A DNA stretch of 62,002 nucleotides, taken from contig JAIRUE010000100.1 in the NCBI GenBank assembly GCA_031254575.1, positions 1 through 62,002 of the forward strand, in the 5' to 3' direction. Position numbers and translations under genes: made by a program. This DNA comes from Oscillospiraceae bacterium (GTDB lineage Bacteria; Bacillota; Clostridia; Oscillospirales; UBA929). The notes beneath the pieces are model-generated. The model saw nothing but the letters and a program-made list of their open reading frames with translations. It was not told where the DNA came from and ran no database searches. This document shows, one piece after another, positions 55,021 through 62,002 of this stretch (its first letter is position 1; each line of letters begins with the position of its first letter).

Positions 55021-56826
55021 TTATTTCTTTTTCTTCTTCACGATAAAGAATACCGCGCAGCCAATCACGGCAACGGCGCCCACAATGATCAGGACAATGC
55101 CCCAGACGGGGAAGCCCGCGCCCTCGTCCTCGGGTTCGTTGCTCGGCATATAGTCCGCGGGCAGGCCGCCGTCCGCGGGGCTGCTTGAGGGCTCGGCAAC
55201 GGGCTCGTCATCCGCCTTGTCATAGGCGAAGCCGCTCACGGTGAACTCGATGGCGATAACGCCGCTCGCGGGGATCATGTTGGGGAACAGGCCGGTCTCC
55301 CCGCCCAGTTCGGCGTTGTAAGCGTTGATAATCTGAACCTCATAATAGTCCTTGGCGTCCGTCGTGTCAACGCCCGTGACATAGCCGCCGGCAAAGGTAT
55401 ATTTGGTGCTGCCGCCAAGGATGGCTTTCACGTCGGTAAACGCGGCGGGATTCCCCGCGATCGGGATGTCGGTGGAGAGAAAGAACATGTTAAAAGACTC
55501 GTCTTCGGCAAAATCGTAGTCGTTGAGCTCGACGCGGTATGTACCGTTGCCCTTTATCTCGGCGTCGGTGAACACCCCGTTATATTTGACCGCGTCCGGG
55601 CCGTCCCAGCCGGTCAGTCCGGAGAAGTTGTCGCCGATGGCGTAGTTCCCCCAGCCCGCGCCCTGGTATCCAAACCCGTTGAAATCCGCCCACGAGTCGC
55701 GGAAGATGTAATTTTTCGACTGTACGCAGAGGTAGGCGTGGTAGGTGCCGTTGGGGTCAAAATCGGGAACGGGCGGCTTCTCGGGCCCCGCGGGTTTTGC
55801 CCCTCCCTCCGTCACCGAGCCGAACAGGGCGGCGGCGCTGTGAATCGTATAGTGCGGGCCCTCAACGGAATCCCAGCAGTTGTCATAGAAAGCGATCTCA
55901 AACGCCTCCGCGTCCACCGGCACGAGGATCGACAGGGTGCCGTTCGCCGCGCTGCCGACCCAGCTTTCGGTATCCTTACCGCCGGTATCGGCGGCGCCGT
56001 CGCCGTCGAAGTCAACGCCCCAGCCCACTTCCTTGCCGCCGAAATCAAAAAACGCCGTCTCTCCGCCGGCGGTCACCGCCAGCAGCTCTCCGCACCAGTC
56101 GTTCCAGGAGGGATCGCCCTCCAGGGGCAGGTCGATGCTGATGTTGAACGCGACGGCCGCCACATTGCCCTTCGAGGCAAACGCGTCGCTGGAGAAGACA
56201 AACGCGGGGTCGGTGCCGCCCACGCCGGTGTACCCGACGCCGGCACCGACGGCGACCGTTTCGGCAGCCGCCACTTCCCCGTACAGCGCGATGGCGCTGT
56301 TGACCGTATAGTGGGGACCCTCGACGGAATCCCAGCAGTTGTCATAGAAGTCGATCGTGAAATCCTTCGCGTTTACGGGGACCGCGAGCGTGAGAGCTCC
56401 GTTCGCCGCGCTGCCGACCCAGCTTTCGGTATCCTTGCCGCCGGTGTCGGCGGCGCCGTCGCCGTCGAAGTCAATGCCCCAGCCCACTTCCCTGCCGCCG
56501 AAGTCATAATACTTTGTCCCGCCGCCGGCCGTCACGGTCAGCGCCGCGCCGCACCAGTCGTTCCAGGAGGGATCGCCCTCCAGGGGCAGGTCGATGCTGA
56601 TGTTGAACATCATCGCGCCGACGGTTTCCCCCGCTGTGAGCGCGGAACTGTCAAAGGTGTAGCCGAGAGTGGCGTTTTCCACGCCCGTATACGCGACGGA
56701 CTGCCCGATGGCGATCTGCTCCCTTGCCGCTTCCGCCGCCAGCGCCGGAAGGAGCGCCGCGGGCGCGAGCAAGGCGGCGAGGATACACAGCGCCAGAGCC
56801 ATTGCGAGTCTTTTCCTTGTTTTCAT
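55021..56826 (-). CDS. secreted, C-terminally membrane-anchored protein with two tandem 153-aa modules (putative glycan-binding)
   Basis: Signal peptide. Two near-identical modules (NISIDLPLEGDPSWNDWCG...DFDGDGAADTGGKDTESWVGSAANG...FYDNCWDSVEGPHYT). The C-terminus is a TM helix followed by KKKKK. Confidence 0.7.
   Translation of the reverse strand: MKTRKRLAMALALCILAALLAPAALLPALAAEAAREQIAIGQSVAYTGVENATLGYTFDSSALTAGETVGAMMFNISIDLPLEGDPSWNDWCGAALTVTAGGGTKYYDFGGREVGWGIDFDGDGAADTGGKDTESWVGSAANGALTLAVPVNAKDFTIDFYDNCWDSVEGPHYTVNSAIALYGEVAAAETVAVGAGVGYTGVGGTDPAFVFSSDAFASKGNVAAVAFNISIDLPLEGDPSWNDWCGELLAVTAGGETAFFDFGGKEVGWGVDFDGDGAADTGGKDTESWVGSAANGTLSILVPVDAEAFEIAFYDNCWDSVEGPHYTIHSAAALFGSVTEGGAKPAGPEKPPVPDFDPNGTYHAYLCVQSKNYIFRDSWADFNGFGYQGAGWGNYAIGDNFSGLTGWDGPDAVKYNGVFTDAEIKGNGTYRVELNDYDFAEDESFNMFFLSTDIPIAGNPAAFTDVKAILGGSTKYTFAGGYVTGVDTTDAKDYYEVQIINAYNAELGGETGLFPNMIPASGVIAIEFTVSGFAYDKADDEPVAEPSSSPADGGLPADYMPSNEPEDEGAGFPVWGIVLIIVGAVAVIGCAVFFIVKKKKK
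55810..56727. repeat. intragenic tandem duplication, period 459 bp
   Basis: A 58-bp identical core at 56092-56149 and 56551-56608, with extended near-identity around 55951-56015 versus 56410-56474. Confidence 0.85.
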
Positions 56827-56847
56827 TATGGTCCTCCTCCTGTTATA

Positions 56848-56859
56848 TGAATCGATTCA
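56848..56859. promoter_or_regulatory. LacI/CcpA-type operator palindrome
   Basis: TGAATCGATTCA is a perfect 12-bp palindrome of the TGnAAnCGnTTnCA type. It lies in the 5' UTR of the minus-strand operon, between its promoter and its RBS. Confidence 0.5.
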
Positions 56860-56887
56860 CTTTTCCGCTGAACTTATGTATACACAT

Positions 56888-56916
56888 ATTTTACTATATT
56901 CTTGACATATTGTCAA
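56888..56916 (-). promoter_or_regulatory. sigma-A promoter of the glycan-utilisation operon
   Basis: The minus strand reads TTGACA (56916-56911), a 17-nt spacer, then TAAAAT (56893-56888). Confidence 0.55.
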
Positions 56917-56930
56917 GCATGGTTTATCAT
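56902..56930 (+). promoter_or_regulatory. sigma-A promoter of lacI-GH95
   Basis: TTGACA (56902-56907), a 17-nt spacer, then TATCAT (56925-56930). Confidence 0.5.
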
Positions 56931-56982
56931 TTTTCCGTACTATACCGGCAATCTATTCTCAAGACACGAACGGGGGCGCGTC

Positions 56983-57993
56983 ATGTCCGCCACAATCAAA
57001 CAGGTCGCGGCCCGCGCGGGCGTCTCGTCCGCCACGGTGTCGAAGTACCTCAACGGAGTCCCCCTCAAGGACAAAAACCAGGCGGCTGTCCGGGCCGCCA
57101 TCCGTGAGATGGGGTATACCCGCAACACGATGGCGCGGGGGCTGCGGACAAAGAGGAGCATGACCGTGGGCGCGGTCATCTTTGAATTCAGCAATCCATA
57201 TTCCGCCACCGTCATGTCCGAGATCGAAAACTATATCAGCGGCCACGGCTACGGCATCATCGTCTGCGAATCCAAAACGGACGCCTCGGCGCAGCGGGAA
57301 AAGATCAACTTCCTGCTCAATAAACTGGTCGACGGGCTGATCATCTGCCCCGTGGGGCTGACGGACGAGGATTTGCGCGCCATCCCCGTGCCCGTCGTCT
57401 GCATAGACCAGCTCGCCGACGCCCGGGCCTGCGATTATATCCTCGGCGGAAACGCGGCCGCGTCGTTTGAGGCGACGGAACATCTGATCGCATTCGGGCA
57501 CAGGGATATTGGCATTATTTGCGGGCCCGCGGAGCTGTACACGGCAAGGGAACGCCTTGCGGGGGTTCTGGCGGCGCACGAGAAATACGGCGTCAGATTG
57601 CGGGACGAATACATTGTCACCACCGGTTACGAGGTGGAGAGCGGGTATAAGGCCGCCAGAAAGCTGATTGAAACCGCAAACCGGCCGACCGCTATTTTTG
57701 CCACCAACCATCACCTGACGCTGGGGGCGGTCATCGCCTTGAACGAGGCCAACATCAACATACCCGACGACATTTCCTTTATCGGCTTTGACTACCTGGA
57801 ACTTGCAAACGCCGTGCGGCCCAATCTTTCCATTGTCGTTCAGCCCGTCGCGCAGATCGGCGTGACGGCGGCGGAGATGCTCCTCGGAAAGATGACGGGT
57901 CAGAAAAGCGGGTTTGACATCATCGAGCTGCCGCTGAATTTTATCCGGCAGAAATCGGTTAAGCGTATCATCGGTACGGGAGATGAGTTGTAA
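56983..57993 (+). CDS. LacI-family transcriptional regulator
   Basis: ATG at 56983. HTH region TIKQVAARAGVSSATVSKYLNG. Periplasmic-binding-protein-like effector domain. Confidence 0.9.
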   Translation: MSATIKQVAARAGVSSATVSKYLNGVPLKDKNQAAVRAAIREMGYTRNTMARGLRTKRSMTVGAVIFEFSNPYSATVMSEIENYISGHGYGIIVCESKTDASAQREKINFLLNKLVDGLIICPVGLTDEDLRAIPVPVVCIDQLADARACDYILGGNAAASFEATEHLIAFGHRDIGIICGPAELYTARERLAGVLAAHEKYGVRLRDEYIVTTGYEVESGYKAARKLIETANRPTAIFATNHHLTLGAVIALNEANINIPDDISFIGFDYLELANAVRPNLSIVVQPVAQIGVTAAEMLLGKMTGQKSGFDIIELPLNFIRQKSVKRIIGTGDEL

Positions 57994-60220
57994 AATGATG
58001 ATACTGTCAGACAAAAACCCGCCCGCAAGCTGGCAGGAGGGATTGCCCGCGGGGAACGGGCGGCTCGCGGCGATGGTCTGGGGGGACGGGCGGCGTGATA
58101 TTCTTGATTTGAACCATGAGTGGCTGTGGCGCGGCGTGAACCGCGGCCGCGAAATTGTACCCGCCGCGGAACGGCTTGAACTGGTGCGCGGCTGGCTGAA
58201 ACAGGGCGATTACGCGCGGGCGGCGCTCGCCGCGAACCTATTCTTCGCCGGAAACGGCGGGCTGCTGCCGGGGAGCCGCGTGGACCCCTACCAGACCGCC
58301 GGGATGCTGACGTTTGAAACCGCTGTCCCCTGCCGTTTTTTGCGCCGTGTATTGGATATGGAAAACGCCGTTGTCCGGATCACGCGGGAAACGGAAAACA
58401 CGGAACTGCTTTCGGAGGTTTTCGTGGACTGCCATGACGGCGTAATATGGGCGAAATGGCAGTCAAAGGAACGGTTTTCGGGTTCGCTGTCGCTGTCGCG
58501 GGCTGAGGACGCGCGCGCTTCCACCCGTTTTTCCGTGACGGAAACGGGGCTGCGGCTCGACTGCGTGTTTGACGGAGGCCTGTCGCACAGCGTCGCCGCC
58601 AAAGTGGAGACGGACGGCGCCTGCGCCGTTTCCGGGCAGGCGCTGGAAATATCGGGAGCCTCGGTCATTGTCTGCGCGGTGAATATCGGCGTTTCGGTCT
58701 GTAATCTGGAGGCGGAACTGCGAAAATATGCCGTTTCGCTTTCTGATTACGACAATATTTTCAGGGCGCACGCGCAAAAATTTACGCGCGTGATGGGCGC
58801 CGTTCAGTTTTCGCTGGATGACGCCCCGCCGGCGGAAGACCCGACAACCGCCGGGATGCTTGAGCGGTTCAGGGAAGGCGGGAGCGGCAGCGGGCTGATG
58901 ACCGCGTATTTTCATTTCGGCAGATACCTGATGGCGGCCTCGTCTGTCTGCGCCGAGCTGCCCGCGAATTTGCAGGGGAAGTGGAACAACCTGGTCGCCC
59001 CGCCCTGGGATTGCGATTACCATTTCGACATAAACCTGCAAATGAATTACTGGATGGCCGAGCCGTGCGGTATGCCCGAATGCGCCGAAGCGCTGCTGAA
59101 ATATCTGGAACGGTTCCGTGAGAGCGGCGCGGAGGCCGCCGGGAAGCTGTACGGCTGCCGGGGGATGATCCTGCCGCTTATGAGCGACGCCTGGGCGAAA
59201 TCCACGCCCGAATCGTTCGGCTGGGCCGTCTGGATCGGCGCGGCGGCGTGGTTCTGCCGCCATTTCTGGGACAGGTACCGCTATTCGGGGGACATCTGCT
59301 ATCTGCGCGACAGAGGCTATCCGTTTATCAGAGCCGCCGCGGAATTTTACGAGGATTACCTCACGGAAGACAAAAACGGCGTCCTGCAGATCATGCCGAG
59401 CCAGTCGCCCGAGAATACGTTTGCCGAGGCGGGCGGCTTTATGCCGGTCGGTATTTGCGTGTCTTCGGCGATGGACGTCCAGCTGGCGTACGACGCGCTG
59501 GGCTTTGCCGCGGAAGCGGCGGAGGCGCTGGGTGTTGACGCGGAGCGGGCCAAACGGTGGCAATCTATGCGGAAAAAGCTGCCCGGATTCAGGATCGGCC
59601 GGGACGGAAGGCTTTTGGAGTGGGGCGCCGAACTGACCGAGTCGGAACCGGGACACCGGCATTTATCTCATTTATACGGCGTATACCCGTCGGAGCTTTT
59701 TACCGCCGAAACGCGGATAGCGCAGTTTGAGGCGGCGCGGAAATCGCTGGCGTTCAGGCTGTCCGCCGGCGGGGGGCATACAGGGTGGAGCCGCGCGTGG
59801 GTGGCGTGTTTGCAGGCGCGGTTCGGCGACGGAGAGGGATTTTATCAGCATTTGTCCGCGCTGATCCGGGACTTTACGACCGTTACGCTGCTGGACCTGC
59901 ACCCGCCGGGGATTTTTCAGATCGACGGCAACCTGGGCGCGGTGGCGGCGGTCATCGAAGCGATCATCAGCTATACCGACGGCAAAGTCCACCTGCTGCG
60001 CGCCCTGCCGGAGGCGTGGCCGTCGGGCCGGCTGAGCGGGATCAAAATCCCGGGAGGCCACACCGTGTCGCTCCGCTGGCGGAACGGAAAGGCGGCCGAA
60101 CTGAGGGTCGGGATCGGATTTGAAAAGGCGGTCACGGTGCGCTTCCCGGACGGCTCGGAACGCCGTTTTGAGGGCAGAGAGGGAGAGGAGCGGAATTTTG
60201 AGATCCCGCGCCGTCTCTGA
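57983..60220 (+). CDS. glycoside hydrolase family 95 (alpha-L-fucosidase type)
   Basis: N-terminal W.EGLP.GNGRL.AMV.G......LN...LW, and the size of about 745 aa. An 11-nt overlap with lacI. Confidence 0.8.
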   Translation: MSCKMMILSDKNPPASWQEGLPAGNGRLAAMVWGDGRRDILDLNHEWLWRGVNRGREIVPAAERLELVRGWLKQGDYARAALAANLFFAGNGGLLPGSRVDPYQTAGMLTFETAVPCRFLRRVLDMENAVVRITRETENTELLSEVFVDCHDGVIWAKWQSKERFSGSLSLSRAEDARASTRFSVTETGLRLDCVFDGGLSHSVAAKVETDGACAVSGQALEISGASVIVCAVNIGVSVCNLEAELRKYAVSLSDYDNIFRAHAQKFTRVMGAVQFSLDDAPPAEDPTTAGMLERFREGGSGSGLMTAYFHFGRYLMAASSVCAELPANLQGKWNNLVAPPWDCDYHFDINLQMNYWMAEPCGMPECAEALLKYLERFRESGAEAAGKLYGCRGMILPLMSDAWAKSTPESFGWAVWIGAAAWFCRHFWDRYRYSGDICYLRDRGYPFIRAAAEFYEDYLTEDKNGVLQIMPSQSPENTFAEAGGFMPVGICVSSAMDVQLAYDALGFAAEAAEALGVDAERAKRWQSMRKKLPGFRIGRDGRLLEWGAELTESEPGHRHLSHLYGVYPSELFTAETRIAQFEAARKSLAFRLSAGGGHTGWSRAWVACLQARFGDGEGFYQHLSALIRDFTTVTLLDLHPPGIFQIDGNLGAVAAVIEAIISYTDGKVHLLRALPEAWPSGRLSGIKIPGGHTVSLRWRNGKAAELRVGIGFEKAVTVRFPDGSERRFEGREGEERNFEIPRRL

Positions 60221-60225
60221 CCGGT

Positions 60226-60498
60226 TCAAACGGTTTTGCCAAGCCGTACCGGCCTTATACACTTCCAAAACCGCGCCGGGTCATGGTAAAAGTAAGCCAA
60301 TCTGCCGGGGGAAGTATCAAAGCGATAGGCCGTGTCCGCAAAATTGAATTCCGCGATTGCCTTATCAACCGTTTCCTCCACGCCGCGGTTATCCCGCTCA
60401 TAGTCGAACGGCCCGTGCTCAAAAACGATGTACTCGGCTTCGGGAACATCGATCAAAATGCTTCTGCCACTCGTACACTCCTGTTCACCCCGTTTCAA
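60226..60498 (-). pseudogene. GyrI-like / AraC effector-binding domain fragment
   Basis: 90 aa with ..VPEAEYIVFEHGPFDYE.., resembling the C-terminal half of a GyrI-like domain. There is no N-terminal half and no convincing SD. Confidence 0.35.
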
Positions 60499-60610
60499 CC
60501 GCCCTGCGCCTATTATAGAGCAAGGGAAAGGACATTACTTGATTTTACTTGCGGAAAATGCGGGAAGTCAGTAAAAAGATATAGGCTGTCCCGCAACGCG
60601 AAAGGGACCG

Positions 60611-62002
60611 TCAGCTGTGTCCCCCGTTCATCTGGCTTTCAAACATGGAATTATATATCCCGCCAAGCGCGATGAGTTCCTCATGCGAACCCTGCTCAAC
60701 AATGCGGCCGTTGTCAACCACCATGATAATATCCGCGTCGCGTATGGTCGAAAGGCGGTGGGCGATGACGAAAGTCGTGCGCCCTTCGGAAAGCCTTGTC
60801 AGCGCCTGCTGGATTTTCAGCTCGGTCCGGGTATCCACGCTTGAGGTCGCCTCGTCCAAGATAAGAATGGGCGAACGGCACAGTACGGCGCGGGAGATGG
60901 CAAGCAGCTGACGCTGACCCTGACTCAGGGCGTCGGCCTCGCCGCTCACCTGGGTTTCGTATCCGTTTTTCAGCCTTCTGATAAATGTGTCGGCGTTGGC
61001 GAGCGCGGCGGCGTTTTCTATTTCCTCGCGCGTCGCGTCCGGCACCGCGTAACGGATATTGTCGGCGATGCTGCCCGTAAATAAGCAGGTGTCCTGCAAC
61101 ACCACCGAAAACGCGTTCCGCAGGCTGTCGCGCTTGTAATCCCTGATATTGCGCCCGTCAATGAGAACCTCGCCGCCGGTGGCGTCATAAAAGCGGGTCA
61201 GCAGATTGACGACAGTGGTTTTTCCCGCGCCGGTTTCGCCCACCAGGGCGATCTTCTGCCCCGGTTTGACCGTAAAGCTGACGTTTTTAAGGACATCCAC
61301 ACCCGGCACATACGCAAACGAGACGTTCTTAAACTCCACTTTGCCCCCGGGGATTCCAATATCAACGGCGCCGGGAATATCCGCAGGCTCGTCGGCTTCT
61401 TCCAGAAGCTCGAAGACACGCTCCGCCCCGGCCAAAGCGGACTGCAGGCTGTTGAACATTCCCGCGATGTTGTTGAGGGGAAACGTGAACTGCCGCGAAT
61501 AGGTCCCGAAGCTCGCCACCGTGCCGATCAGCAGGGGATTTCCCACCGCCAGCACGCCGCCGGTAAACATGACGCAGACATAGCCGAGATTTGTGATAAC
61601 GTTCATAAAGGGCATCAAAACGCCTGACCAGATCTGCGCCTTTACGGAGTAACGCTTCATCTCTTTATTTCTCTCTTTGAACGACTCGATCACGGTCTGC
61701 CGCCTGTTGAACGCGATCACCATCCTGCGCCCCGAAATGGATTCCTCGATCAGGCCGTTCAGCCTGCCCAGTTCCCTTTGCTGTCCGATAAACATTTCTC
61801 TGGAGCGTCTGGCTATGAGCCGCGTGAGCAGCAGCACAAGGGGCATGGTTATCATGGAGACAAGGGTCAGAAGGGGACTCAGCGCAAGCATCATGACAAG
61901 AGAACCTATAATGGTGATCGACGCGCTGATCATCTCGGTGGTTGACTGGGCGATGGTCCCGCTGATATTGTCAATATCGTTTGTCAGGCGGCTCATCAGC
62001 TC
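60611..62002 (-). CDS. ABC transporter permease/ATP-binding protein (type I exporter), 5'-truncated by the window edge
   Basis: SRLTNDID, Walker A GETGAGKTT, LSQGQRQL and ILDEATS. The TM domain is incomplete, so the gene continues past 62002. Confidence 0.9.
   Translation of the reverse strand, partial: ELMSRLTNDIDNISGTIAQSTTEMISASITIIGSLVMMLALSPLLTLVSMITMPLVLLLTRLIARRSREMFIGQQRELGRLNGLIEESISGRRMVIAFNRRQTVIESFKERNKEMKRYSVKAQIWSGVLMPFMNVITNLGYVCVMFTGGVLAVGNPLLIGTVASFGTYSRQFTFPLNNIAGMFNSLQSALAGAERVFELLEEADEPADIPGAVDIGIPGGKVEFKNVSFAYVPGVDVLKNVSFTVKPGQKIALVGETGAGKTTVVNLLTRFYDATGGEVLIDGRNIRDYKRDSLRNAFSVVLQDTCLFTGSIADNIRYAVPDATREEIENAAALANADTFIRRLKNGYETQVSGEADALSQGQRQLLAISRAVLCRSPILILDEATSSVDTRTELKIQQALTRLSEGRTTFVIAHRLSTIRDADIIMVVDNGRIVEQGSHEELIALGGIYNSMFESQMNGGHS

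Noticed and set aside
47823-59662. Long antisense ORFs in the right third (47823..48998, 48987..50051, 54008..55153, 55738..56850, 56959..58014, 58463..59662)
   Set aside because: They lie opposite the SLH protein, SBP, GH5, repeat protein, LacI and GH95 genes. They have no SD and low-complexity Arg/Pro/Gly-rich products.

Overview
62 kb of chromosome from a high-G+C, spore-forming Firmicute, class Clostridia. This placement rests on spoIIR, SLH-anchored surface proteins, a split transketolase, ireB and Gram-positive Shine-Dalgarno sites; no database search was possible. Most of the window is conserved core. It includes an EF-G paralogue, ispE and spoIIR. One long minus-strand run carries pgk-tpiA-gpmI-eno, an ABC-2/GldG/DUF4340 module, mnmE, glyQS, split transketolase and an Lrp/AsnC-aminotransferase pair. 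The right third is a Gram-positive polysaccharide-utilisation locus: SBP, two permeases, GH5, a membrane-anchored repeat protein, LacI and GH95. It sits next to a 1485-aa SLH-anchored surface protein. Several visibly AT-richer single genes or blocks interrupt this core: an AAC(3)-family gene next to tRNA-Ala, a PurM-like gene, a double GNAT, and above all a 4-5 kb island at about 7.99-12.4 kb. That island contains only very small co-directional genes: a 44-aa Cys/Tyr-rich microprotein missing from the ORF track, a YD-like beta-hairpin repeat protein, a Sel1-like protein and a lipocalin-like protein, among others. It is preceded by a roughly 300-nt ORF-free, GC-rich, helix-rich leader. It is followed by a decayed second copy of one gene pair and by a Zn-alcohol-dehydrogenase gene scar. 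I rate the leader plus small-gene island as the best candidate for something undescribed, but I cannot assign it a function. One RNA regulator is recognisable: a yybP-ykoY (Mn2+) riboswitch-like leader upstream of a CaCA-family antiporter. All product calls rest on motifs read from the translations, and starts were refined by hand from SD spacing. No CRISPR array, transposase, integrase or rRNA was seen.
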